Program-made: the position numbers and the translations under genes
DNA from: Takakia lepidozioides
Lineage: Eukaryota; Plantae; Bryophyta
Direction: 5' to 3'
Assembly: GCA_030704615.1 (NCBI GenBank)
Contig: CM060734.1
Location: forward strand, 25,048,001 to 25,112,000
DNA: 64,000 bases
Notes under the pieces: model-generated
Told to the model about the DNA's origin: nothing
The model's database searches: none
Seen by the model: only the letters and a program-made list of their open reading frames with translations
Part shown: piece by piece, positions 11,080-22,987 of the stretch
How the letters are laid out: each line of letters begins with the position of its first letter
How positions within the stretch are numbered: position 1 is the first letter of the stretch

Positions 11080-14000
11080 CATGGGTAGATGGTCAACTGG
11101 AAACAATAGCGGCAGCAACGCATTGATAGAACAAGGCACTGCTAATGAAGGTACCTTCTTCAACGCATTTCAGCCTATTTTCCCTGTTAGTAGAGTCGTC
11201 CCTATTTTTTCATGTTGAATTCTGCAAGTTAGCTCGTTGGTGGATCTATGGTGGTTTTGGAGTGATTTTGTGCTCCCTGTACCTTCTTCTTCAACCTATT
11301 TCAGTCTGTTTTGCCCTCTCATCATTAGGGTTTAGGGTGTTTGCTGGAAGAACTTCATGCCATCAGTGTCAGCTGCTAGTAGCAAGGCTGAGGATGTATT
11401 CATGATTTGTCCACAGGCAGGGATAGCTGAGGACTAGGGATAGAGGTCCAGATTCATCCAAGAGGGCCGGATTTCAAACACAAGTTTATTTCTGCTTCCC
11501 TGTGGATCAATAGCTACAAGCAATCGCGCGGGTAGATGGTCAACTGGAAACATCAGCGGCAGCAGTGCAATTGATAGAACAAGGCGATGCTAATGAAGGT
11601 ACATTCTTCAACACATTTCAGCCTGTTTTTCCCTGTTATCAGAGTTTTTCCATGTTTTTGCCTGAAGGAGCAAGGATAGAGTGTGGGTCCAGATTCATCC
11701 ACGAGGGTTGGACTTCAAGCTCCAGATTACCTTGATTCCATGTGGGTCAGTAGCTACAAGAAACCTACATGGGTAGATGGTAAACTAAAGGCAGCTATTG
11801 CAGCGGCACAGATGATAAAATCAGGCACCTCAACCATGACCACAGCTTCTGAAAGAGGATCAAGAGAGGGAGTCCACAATGCCTCTTCTGACATTTCTGG
11901 GCATGTGAAGATACTTTGTGCGGCAGACAGCCTGACAGAGGCTCTACAGATTCTAAACCAAGGAGGCATTTTAGGAGATTCAAATATGTATGTTTGTCTC
12001 TTGCTTAAGTGCATCAAGATGGAAGGTCTCGAAAGCTGGAAAGCAGGTGCACACTCACTTTATCCAAAGTGGGTTCACGACAGATGTTTTTCTACTCAAC
12101 ACGTACCCTTGTCAATATGCATGTTAAGTGCCGAGCATCAAGGATGCTCACCAAGTGTTCAACAGAATGCCTCAATGATCTTTGATCACGTGGAATATTA
12201 CGTTGGAAAGATTTACCAAGCATAGGTGTCGTAGGAATGTTTTGGAGACATATGAGCAGACCTGTGCTTGCCTTCTTCAGGGATGTGCTAAAACGAAAGC
12301 TTTGGCAATTGGCAAGGGGGGTTCATGCCCACATTCTCAATAATGAATTCGAGCCAGACATTTTTGTTGGAAACACCCTTATTAGCATGTATTGCAAAGT
12401 GCGGGAGTGTGGTGCATGCACGCCAAGTGTTTGACAAAATGCCCAAACGCAATGTGATCTCATGGGCAAGATTAGCTCAGCAATGCCATGGTGCAGAACC
12501 ATTCGACCTCTTTCGACATATGCGACTAGAAGGAGTGAAACCTAACGAGGTTACATTTATTGGGATTCTCAATGCGTGCTCCCTCCCAGCAGCTCTGGAG
12601 CAGGGCAATTGGCTCCAGGCCTGCATCATTGTTGCTGGATTCTAGTGGGGAATGCCCATCTGAGCATGTATTGCAAGTGTGGGAGTGTGGCTAATGCGCT
12701 CCAAGTGTGTGATAAGATGCCTCGGAGAAATATAGTTTCATGGAATGCCTTGATTGCAGGATTAGTTCAGCAAGGGCAAGGTGCAGAAGCATTCAAACTC
12801 TTTGCACGCATGCAAGGAGAAGGTGTGAAGCCTGACAAGGCCACTTTCATTAACATCCTTACTGCTTGCACCAACCCTCTAGCTCTGGAATGGGGCAAGC
12901 TGCTCCATGCAAGCATCATCAAAGCTGCTTTGGTGTCAGATATCCAGGCGGGGAATGCCCTTGTGAGCATGTATTGCAAGTGCGGAAATGTGGTGCATGC
13001 CTGTCAAGTGTTTGACAAAATGCCTAAGAGAAATGTGATCTCATGGAATGCGATGATTGCAGGATTAACATAGCAAGGGCATGGTGAGGAGGCGTTCAAA
13101 CTTTTTCAGCAAATGCAACGAGAAGGTATGGAGCCAAATGAAAATCACCTTCATGAGCATCTTGAACGCATGTACTACCCCAATAGCCTTGGAACAGGGC
13201 AAGGGCCTCCATGCAGGGTTGATCAAAACTGGATTTGAGTCGGATGGCAAAGTGGGAACTGCCCTTCTCAGCATGTATTGCAAATGTGGGAGTGTGTTGA
13301 TGCTCAGCAAGTGTTCATCAAAATGCCCGAACGAAATGATCTGATGAAGGTACCTTCTTCAACACATTTCAGCCTGAGGGCACCTTCTAGTTTGACATGT
13401 TTCAGCCTGTTTTTCCTCTCATCAGACTCAGCCCTGAAGCATATGTATTGAATTCTGTAAGTTAGCTCGTTGGGTGGATCTGCGGTGCTTTGGAGTGACT
13501 TTGCAAGTTACTGCCAAGGTGACAGCATGACAGTACCTAAAAAAAGATAACAGAGATGGAGAGAAGCTTTCAAGGAATGAATACTTCTCTTACCCCAATC
13601 AGTGGTGGGACAATGTGAGTAGATGGTCAACTGGAAATAGCAGCGGCAACAGCGCAATTGATAGAACAAGGGACTGCTAATGAAGGTACATTCTTCAACA
13701 CATTTCAGCCTGTTTTTCCCTGTTATCAGAGTCGTCCCTAAATTTCTAGATGGCCGGATTCCAAGCTCCAGATTACCTATGACTCCATGTGGAAGGATAG
13801 CTACAAGAAACCTGCATGGGTAGATGGTCAACTGGAAGCCACTGTAGCAGCTGCAGAGGCATGATGTACGCATTGTTAGTGTGGAGGGAGGGGTAGCTGT
13901 TGATATAGAGAGAGGATCGTGGGTGCAAAATCATCCAAGAGGGCCAGATTTGGAGCAAGGAACAGCGCTGGCAGGAGCTCTATAAATATGATCCACAACG

Positions 14001-14260
14001 GTGGAACAATATTGTCAACAAGGTGAGCTTTCTTCATGCAACATCGTAGGGAGTTTGACAGAACTTTGTATTTAAATATGTTAGTGTGGAGGGAGGACTA
14101 GCCGCTAATGCAAGGATGGACTGTGGGTTCAGGATCACCCAAGAGGGCTACCAGCAGTGGAAGTAGCAACATTTGGTCAATAGCAGCAGCAAGAATTAGC
14201 AATGTCAAACTCATCAATCAGGTACTTGCTTCTGTATACATTTCATCCTCTTATCAACGT
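11080..14260 (+). repeat. Array of degenerate exon/intron-like repeat units inside the transposon
   Basis: Repeated GGGTAGATGGTCAACTGGAA (about 11082, 11530, 11771, 13618, 13818) and AATGAAG|GTAC(C/A)TTCTTCAACACATTTCAGCC donor-like junctions. Confidence 0.8.
11829..13341 (+). pseudogene. Captured, frameshifted PLS-class pentatricopeptide repeat (PPR) gene fragment
   Basis: Repeated GNALVSMYCKCG...QVFDKMPKRNVISWNAMIAG...EAFKLF..MQ.EGVKP...TF..IL.AC triplets in ORFs 12325-13344; several stops and frameshifts; no E/DYW domain seen. Confidence 0.92.
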
Positions 14261-14380
14261 AGTCCATGCTTGGACAGCCTATAGGGTTGTATAAAACAGG
14301 ACTTTGGAACCTTCCAACCCGGGTGCTTTGTTATTGGTCTATCAAGGTCTGATTTGAAATGTTTTCATTGCATTTTGCAG

Positions 14381-17300
14381 GTGAACTCATCATGGAAGAA
14401 GAGTTGGAAGTAAAAGTCCTGCTCGTTGGAGGAGATGCATCACCAAACAGGCTTGGTTCTATGTTCACTATGCAAGGTGTCACATACAAATGCATCCGAG
14501 CAGAAATTATAGGTGATGAGCTTGTCTCAGCAAAATTTCATTTCATTTCCATGGGGGGTAGTGTCTTTTCAGCCAAGCAAGAAGAGAGGATGGTTCTGAA
14601 ATGGGATACTGTACACATTAAGATTTCAGACCAAAATGATGGGGACCAAGGATTGAAAAGACCTCTATCTTCCAGTGGTTCTACGATCTTGCATGAGGAC
14701 AGACCAGGCGAGGACCCGGCACCAGTGTCTACCAAGATGAGGATGGACCCTGATACACCCTTTGCTGGCGATGGTGGAAATGAAGACCATGCACATGAGC
14801 ATGCACTTCAGCAGAGATCTGATAGATTGTGCAGCACGTTGGCTACATCCAACGATATTCAAAAATGGCATAAAGAGATTAGAGCCGTTGAAAGGAAAAT
14901 CTCTGCAGAAGGACGATGTGACAAGTTTGAGCTGATGACAAAGGATCAACAAGGACAAGCAATGTTCCACATATGGTGTGTTGAGTGTGAGGATGTTTAT
15001 GCACGGTCTGGGAAAAACAAACCATATGATGCATGTGCAAACTTTATGAGATCTCATTTGAGGAGTGAGGGGCATCGCATAGCCTATGAGAGGCGTCATG
15101 GGAAGGGTTCATCACAATGTGTCATCAGCCCTGTAAATGCAGATGAAGCATTAGATGCAAAGAAGAACAGGGTGAAGGAGGTATTAGAGGAAGTCGCTCG
15201 GTTTTGTGAGGACAATCCTGGAAACAGATTTGAGATTGTGGAAGCCACAATTGGAGACTATTCGCAGTTGGGTTCCATAAGGATTAGGTGCCCACTTGAT
15301 TCAAAGTGGCTACTCTTGTTTCCAAGGACAGGTTCTTTGCAATCTTCTTTGACAGAGCATGTGAAAGGAAAAACTCATGTCGATGCAGAGATTTGCCAGA
15401 AGATTGGAAGTAGTGAAGGACTGTGCAAAAAGAGAGGAAGGCCTCCAAAGCCTATGATTGCCAAAGATGTAAAGCAACGGGATCTAAGCTCTTTCTTGGT
15501 CAGTCAACCTGTGTTGCCGTCCCCACCACTTGACAATCCAATTGTGGCATCAACAATGGGAGCATCCTCGTCACAAACTCCATACACTTGTGTTGACGCT
15601 GCCCAACGGGCAGATCTGATCGAGGATTGACAATTACAGCAAAGGTCCCAATGCAACAAAGGAAGAGACAGTTTGTGTTGGGGCCTATGGGATGAATGGT
15701 GGGAGTACAACCAGCAGAGAATAAGTCTGAAACCATTCCTTCAAGATAGCAAGGGAGGAAAGAAGTGGTATGTCGAGCCATTGACAAATGCAACCATCAC
15801 TCTAACCAATCAAGAGCATAAGGTTGTTGGTACGTTTCGGCACGTGGATTGTTTTAGAGTGTCATTGGATGGGGAGCCATTTCCAAACTTGAGATGTTCA
15901 GCATGTTCTTCCATTCCCTTGGAAAATGACTTCACAATGAGGGTATATAGAGAAAGAGGTGCCATGGAATGTAGAGGGGAGAGAGATACTGGCAAGGGAA
16001 GAAGGTTGTCATATCTTGGAAATGCCGAGATTGTCAAACAAGTTTACAAAAACAGATAGGAGTTGAGACAGTTGAGGAGGCCAAGACCAAAGTGGCATCC
16101 TTGTCTGTGCGATGTAGGAGTTTGAAGGAGTCTGGGATTGAGGCAATTGAAAGAGGAGATGTTCTCAAATTTTGTCGTGATATTGTTGATGCACATAGGA
16201 GGGGGGATTTTGAAGGAAAAGAAAGTTTGTGGGATTTTCTTGTTGATATGGGCAAGAATATTGACAGGTCTCCACAAGGGAAGAGGTATGGTACTAGCAC
16301 AAAAACAATGTTTGAGACTGTGCAGCTTTGGGGGGGTCCGAGATTGCATCATTTTTTGGCTTCAAATGTGGGGGGTCCTTCTATTGATACTACAAGACGG
16401 TCTTTGAGGAAAGGTTTGAAGTACAGAGCGGGACAAATGGATGATATATTTCAGCATGTGGCTGGAATTTACAGAGATGTGATGGAAGATGCAAATATTC
16501 CAATGGGAAGCATCCCAGTGATGGTGGCCGAAGATGAAACTGTTGTGAAGCGATTGGTACGTTGGATTGCTAGGGATGATACCCTTCTCGGGTTCTGTGG
16601 GCTTCAAGACAACCATGTATGAATTTCAAATTTTGTGGTGCAAGTGGGAGAAGGGGAATCAGGGTACGAACATATTGTGGAGGCATTCAAAAACAATGTG
16701 GTTGCCCATTACGCCAGAGTGTTGATAGCAAATCCTCTACATGTACGATTACCTCGATTGGTATTGGTAATCCAGCTCACTTGCAATAGATTTGACAACA
16801 ATTTTGTGAGATCACAATGGGAAGTGGTGAGACAGTTGTGGGACAAATATGTGAGGGACGTGATTGGGCCTATAATTGGGCATGCTTCAGACGGAGATAG
16901 TAGGAGGAGAAAAGTGATGTTAGAAGATTATGCCAATGGGGCTGGAAGTAGATTTTGCATCCCTTGGGAAGGATGGTTGTTTACAGGTCGAGTGTGCAAC
17001 GGGGGAGATATATACGGACTCCATGATCAGGACTTCATCCACAATGGGAAAAAATTGGTAAATCCCTTGGACAGTGCATCACGGACTTTGGTGTTGGGTG
17101 ATGAGGTTGCTACATTGAATCATGTGTTATTGGTCTACCATTCATTTTCAGTGGACAAGCATGGACTTCGGGAATGTGATATCAAAAGAGAAGATCGACA
17201 GAATTGGGCAACAGCTCAACGACTGGCATCTCGGAAGATGCAAGCTTGTTTGAGGGAGTTACAATCAACTGTGAATCATCGAAGGGAGAGGACCAAAGGT

Positions 17301-18790
17301 ACTGAAATTTACCTATACATCATTTCATGCTACATCGACATTTTTTTGTCTCCTCACATGTCATTGTGTGAGAGGGTACAATCTGCTGCGAAGGTATCGT
17401 TTTTTTCAGATTGTGGAAGTTGTGGTTATTCCACCACGAGGTGTATAATCTGAAATCCTTCTTCATTAGCAGGGAAGCATACTTGGATTTACAAATTTCA
17501 TGCCACTACGTGGTTCTACTTATCAAATTGTTCAAGGATAAGTTTAATCATGTGCAAGTTCCTTTGAGCCTTGTTGGTTCAGATGTGTGTGAAATATTCT
17601 TCAGCAAAGTGGGAGGTATGTTACGGAATGAGAGGACATATAATGGGTGTGATTTGATTGAGAGTGCGGGAGCATTAACACGCATATCCGAGTTCGAGGT
17701 GAATCCAAAAGGACCCAAGTTCTCAAGAGCTCACAAGAAACAAGAACACATTTGGTTTTCTTTGGAGAAGAAGCCAAGTATCCCCCTTGCTGATTTGTCC
17801 GACTTTTCTACTGTCCAATCGGATGATTGCATTGTGGAGGCTTTGAAAACTAGATTTCTAGAAGCGCAACTTTTATGCCATAAACTTGGGATGAAACCAA
17901 ACAAAGCGACAAACTTGGATTGGTGGAATGAGCCATGGACAATTGAGAGACAAATGGAGGCCGAGCTATTCAAAAGCATGGAAGAGGAGGGTGATGATGT
18001 CGATGCCATATATTCTATTTGTCCTCTTAATGCAGACACACATATTCAAAATGAGGTCGTGGAAGATGAATTGGTGTGCGGGCCATCGAATTCAATGGAG
18101 GATGTTTTGAGCCAACCTTTGGATGATCATGCGGAAGAGGTACTTATTCAGAGTGAATTGAGACATACTCTGGATGCTGTCATTGATGAGTTTGAACAAG
18201 AGAAAGATGGACCGAAGGCGGTGGTTCCATTTGTCAAAGTAGACGAGAAGACCATATTCAAAAGCACTTTGGTTAGCCAACTCAATGGCAACCCTACTCT
18301 ATCCAAGGATAGATTGACACGAGTAAGAAGTGCATCGATGTTGTTTTGCCGAGAAAACAAACCAACTACCAGCAACAAAACCACGAGCTTGGGATTGGGT
18401 TCGGATTGTGCTGTATTTTTTGTTGATGAGGAGACTGCGATCCAAACTACAAACAGGAAAGGCAGACCAGGGAAAACCTGCAGAGGAGCAACCAAAGGCA
18501 CTTGGTATTTGGGCAGGGTTCAAAGAATGCGGAAGAAAATCAATAAGCGGTTTGTAGAATGTAGGAATTCTGTTGATTTATTGGAGCGTCATTCTCATAT
18601 GGAGATTGGGTTAGCATGGTACCAAAAAATTCGAGGAGGGGTCTATACGTACGATTTGACGGATAACATGATGGTTGATTTGGATTCCATTATCGCGTTA
18701 GCATGTTTAAAGTACAATGTCAAGTCAAACACATATGTACTTGATGCAAATGACCGAAAAGTCTTTGACAACTTTATCAAAGGCAAATAA
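14381..18790 (+). pseudogene. P-element-like transposase (about 1450 codons), disrupted by 2 stops and 2 frameshifts
   Basis: Splice acceptor TTTTGCAG at 14380; Cys/His finger-like motifs; AT-hook KKRGRPPK; RNase H-like core AEDET (16533), ASDGD (16890), QDFIHNGKKLVN (DxxH, 17031), DRQNWATA, GSDVCEIFFS (17591); stops at 15628 and 16620, frameshifts near 16040 and 17400. Confidence 0.75.
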
Positions 18791-19079
18791 TTTTTTAATT
18801 AATTTTTTATATTTTAAATGAATAAATTCGATATAATATAAAAACATACATATACATATTGGAGGGTTATTTTTAATGATGGAAAATGAGAATATACATA
18901 CAGAAGGGGGTACTTTTTAAAAATTGTAAATTTTTGTATATTTACAGGAGGGGGTTTTATAATCTTCAAAAAATATGTACAGAGGGGGTATAAATTATCC
19001 AAGGACCCGTATACAGGGGGTTTTTTTTATTAGGCGACGAACGCACGTGATACGCACAGTTTATAAAGAGTGCACCCCC

Positions 19080-22035
19080 AAGGGGGATGTAGGGTGGTGG
19101 CATGCCTGTCTGCTGGGTAGGAAGTGCGTCCCAGGATTGTCGTGGTGGCATTTTCTTGTTTCTGTTGTCATTACTGTCTGGTTGCTCCTGTGGTCCGTGA
19201 GTGGGCCAGCTTTCGTCATCAGGGTGTTCTGTTATTCCGTCCCCACGTACCATGTCGATTTTGGTGGTCAAGGTTTCTCGGTAGGTTTGCAGCTCCTCCT
19301 TGGTCCAGGGTATAATGTTTTTAGTTGCCCTGCTGCCCATTAACCAGTTAACAGCTTGCGTCCCTGTTTCTCTGAAAGGGTGGTCTCTGTCCAAGACCAA
19401 TGGTGAAAAGTGGTCTTTCGCCTGGCGCCATGCTTCAGCATATAGTGGTCTGTTCATATATGCTGAAGTGCCTGCGACTCTCTCTGGTGGCTGGAATTTG
19501 GGTAATTCCCAGTGAGTATCTTTTTCAATACTCTCATAGCGCTGCCAGCTTCCCCTCATTGTCACGAACATCCAATACAAGTAACTTCCAATATAAAAAC
19601 TTAGGCAGCCCATTACAACGTCTACTGCCGGGGTAGGATTAATCTTCAATTGCCCCACTGCCCACATGTAAGCGACCAGCTCCTTGTACTCCAGGGGAGC
19701 CTGACGCCAGAATTCAACCAATTCTGCCCCTGACCATGTCTCCTCCCTAGCCAATGGCCTCATCCTGTATCTCAAAGGTATGAGAGTTTGATTGAGCAGA
19801 TGCAATTGACCCAATGACCTGCAGGGGGTTAAGGTTTTGAATACCTTTTCTAGTATTTCTGGGATTTGGTGGGCTGGGACTACCATCATTTTAAAGTATT
19901 CCTCTGAATACTTTAGCCACTCCCCATCCTGCTTGCATGGCATGATTTGGAAATCATCCACTGCTACCGAAGTTGATGCCACCAGAACACTTGGTAATGG
20001 TACGGGGTTTACCTCTTGAGTAGATGGCCCTGCTGTGGCCTGTATCAGTGCCTGTTGACTTTTGTGGTGGTTGTGTTGTTGGTGGTGTTTGTGCTGGTGT
20101 TGTTGTTGTTGTTGATTGTATTGGTGCTTCTTGTTCATGGTCTTGCTCCTCTTAATCGTCTTCGTCCATGAGCTCATCTTGTTTGGAATTGGTGGCAGAA
20201 ATTCCTCGTGAATGTCTGTCACCAATTTCGCCAATTGACATTTCATTTGTCTTACCATTTCCCTGTTGAGTTTCTTCATTTCCAGTTCACTCCCTTCACT
20301 CAACCAGGCTCTAGCAAAGGCTGCGTCTGCTGCGTCCAGCCCTGCTTGCAATGTCAGCTTCTCCAGCTGTTTGTTTCCATTCTTGTTCATTGCCCATGGC
20401 AATGTCTCTTTCTGTGGTGACTGTGAATAGCCTGCTTTCAGCATTTTCCCTTCCCCTCAGCAGTACAGTGTTGCATGAGAAACACTTGCTTCCCTGGTCT
20501 TTGGCAGTCTTCAGCTGCCCCTTGAGTGTATCCACCTGCTCCTTAAGTGTCTGGACCTGTCCTGTGAGCATTTCCACCTTTGTCTCTGTTTTCCAAGATC
20601 GTTCTCTTTCTGCATCGAGGTCGGCTTGGACATGGCATTTTTCGTCTCTCTGTCTTTGCCACTTCTGTTCCCACTCGTCTCTGCGTTGTATCAAAGTGTT
20701 GTATTGGCGAAGTAAGGTCGTCTTTTGATCTTCCAATGATGCGATTGTAACCTCGTGGTTACATACTGTTCTTGCTGCCGCCAATTCCCTCTGATGTTTC
20801 TCTTTGATGTGGTCCAAGATCATGCTAAGGTTCTCCGGGCTTATGTAATCCTTGGCCCTGTCCATGCAAGCTCTTACTTGACCCAATGCTTGTTTCTTCC
20901 AAACCTGTGTCCCATGCTGTTGTATCCAGAACCTATTGTGCGAGTAGTAATTCCAAATTGGAATTATTGTCTTGCTGCTGCTGACTCTGTGCCTCTTGCA
21001 CCACCTGCTGTTGCTGCTGACTGTGTGTCTCTTGCACCACTTGCTGTTGTTGCGCCACTATGGTTCCCTCCTCTGTTCCTGGTTGTGTGGCCTCTACAGG
21101 TGTTGTTTGCTGGGTTTCGGTGTCAACATGGCTCATTTCCATGGGTGTTGCTTCATTGGTCTGTGGTTGGTTCCCTCCTTCTGGCTGTTGATTCTTTCTT
21201 TCTCTTTGTAGTGTGGAATCAGCCGTCAAGTTGAAGATGTCCTCTGCTACTGCACTTGTGGTTGCTTCGTTGATCCGGGCTCTCTTTGCAAGTCCGCCCT
21301 CTTCTTCTTCTTGACCTGCTGCTGTGTCGATTCCTTCTTCCTCCATCGTTTCTACCCGCTGCATGATTCCCAACGTCGTTTTCTCTTTTGGTGTCAAGTG
21401 TACAGTGTGTCGAATCATTTGGAGTAACAAGGGAGTAGCCATGGTAACAGTCGCTTCCTTCTTCTTCTTTGTCAACCGGGTCAATTCTTGGGTTAACTTC
21501 TTCAATAAGAAGCTTGCCCAATTCATGATTTGCCCATTGAGGCAAATCAACACTTGATCGATTAGCTCCTTGGTGCAGTGGCTGTGGTTTTGCCTAAGGC
21601 AAAACAACGTGCTAAGTACCGGGGCTATCTTCTTAAAGCCGGGGTTTTTGCTGTGACTGCATTTGTAGCCCTGATCGGCTTGGTTGAGATTCTCAAACAA
21701 GTCCGCAAGTACAAACCTTGGAGGTTTGCCGCTGTGCACCAGTACGTCCAGACTGGGAAGGTGAAACACTTCCGCCAAGTACTTCTCTGTCAATAGAATC
21801 TGTGTGTCACGGACATTTGTGCTTCGAGTGCTGGTGTTGTAATTTTCCAAGAATTCCCTGCACAGCTCGTCGTGCTTAAGGTCCAGTCCAGCGTGGTGAT
21901 GAAGTACCGCAGGCCAAGACTATCCAATGTCTCCTGTGTCTCTGTGTCCTGCTCGATTTTCCGCAACGCCGGGCTGATTTTGAAATTCACTTGCGCATAA
22001 GAACTTGGTGCCTTCCGCTTGATGCCTGCCATTTC
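19080..22035 (-). pseudogene. Accessory 3' ORF(s) of the Gypsy element (env-position; plant-mobile-domain-like, coiled-coil and Q-rich)
   Basis: MAGIKRKAP...LDSLGLRYF, ORFs 20933-21850, 20311-20886 and 18966-20444 downstream of integrase on the sense strand. Confidence 0.6.
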
Positions 22036-22987
22036 CCTTAGTTTTGCTATTGCTGTAAGGAATTGGAGCACCAATTCCTGTATCACAAGCAGTATGAAGC
22101 ACACTAGAAGTTGTGTAGACGGCAATTTCCAGTTTGCGGAAGAGAAGGTGAGGAGCTTGTTTCTGGGTTTAAGTAGGGGTTCTCCTCTGTAGGCTTCTTC
22201 TCTAACTTCTCTCGAGGTTCTCGTGGAGGTAATTCTATCCTGCTGTCCGCCTAGGTTTAAAGTGCAGTTAGCTTTAATTGCTGGGCCCAGGCTTACCAAG
22301 AAGCATTTAGCTTCTGGTAAAGGTTTTGAGTAAACCTCATCCCTTTTCTGGATGTGCCTGATTTTCTTCCATTGATGTTTTCTTCGTGGTTTGTCTTGGA
22401 TCGAACTGATGGTTATTGATGATTGTCCGGTTTCGGTCAGTTTACGTTCATCCATCTTGGATGTGTTCATCCATTTTGGTATGTGGTCCGTTTTTAGATG
22501 GGCGGCGTGTGCACAGTACTTGTAGCTTGGTTTAATGGCTTTGCCCTTATCATCCGCCGTCTTTTGGCAATCCGTTGGATTGTGCCGTCGTTCTTCCTCC
22601 GTGTTATGATCGATGGTTAGTGGTGTATGATTACCACGGTCGGTTGGGTAATCTGGAGCGTACATCTCACACAATCAGTGACTCGTTGGCTGTTTCGTAT
22701 TCGGTCACGGTTCTGTAAGGCATATGTGCTGGCCACGGTTCACCATACAGTATACGGGGTGGTAATGTTGTCCTCCAGATGAATGGTGGTCTAGCCGTAG
22801 TGGTGCCCTAAACTCGTATTGCCACCTGTCTTAGTACATGCCGATTCACAGTGTCGTGATGAATGTAGTATGCACTGGCGGTTTCACGCTCCTGATCTGC
22901 AGTTTGATCTTCCTCGTTGGCGTATAAGTCATGTATAAGGGCTTTGTCATGTATCCCTTTGTAGCCTTTTAACTTGTTAATATTAAT

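Larger units (their letters stand above)
9578..19079 (+). mobile_element. ~9.5-kb TIR DNA transposon with a P-element-like transposase and captured cargo
   Basis: Inverted termini GGGGGTGCACTC (9578-9589 / 19068-19079) plus a second inverted block CACGTGCGT (9608-9616 / 19041-19049), each 18 bp inside; ACAGGAGGGGGT-like subterminal repeats at both ends; abrupt junctions with retroelement sequence on both sides. Confidence 0.8.

Noticed and set aside
11080-14260. CRISPR-like repeat-spacer array
   Set aside because: The repeats are long, degenerate and irregularly spaced with homologous intervening sequence; eukaryotic context and no cas genes.
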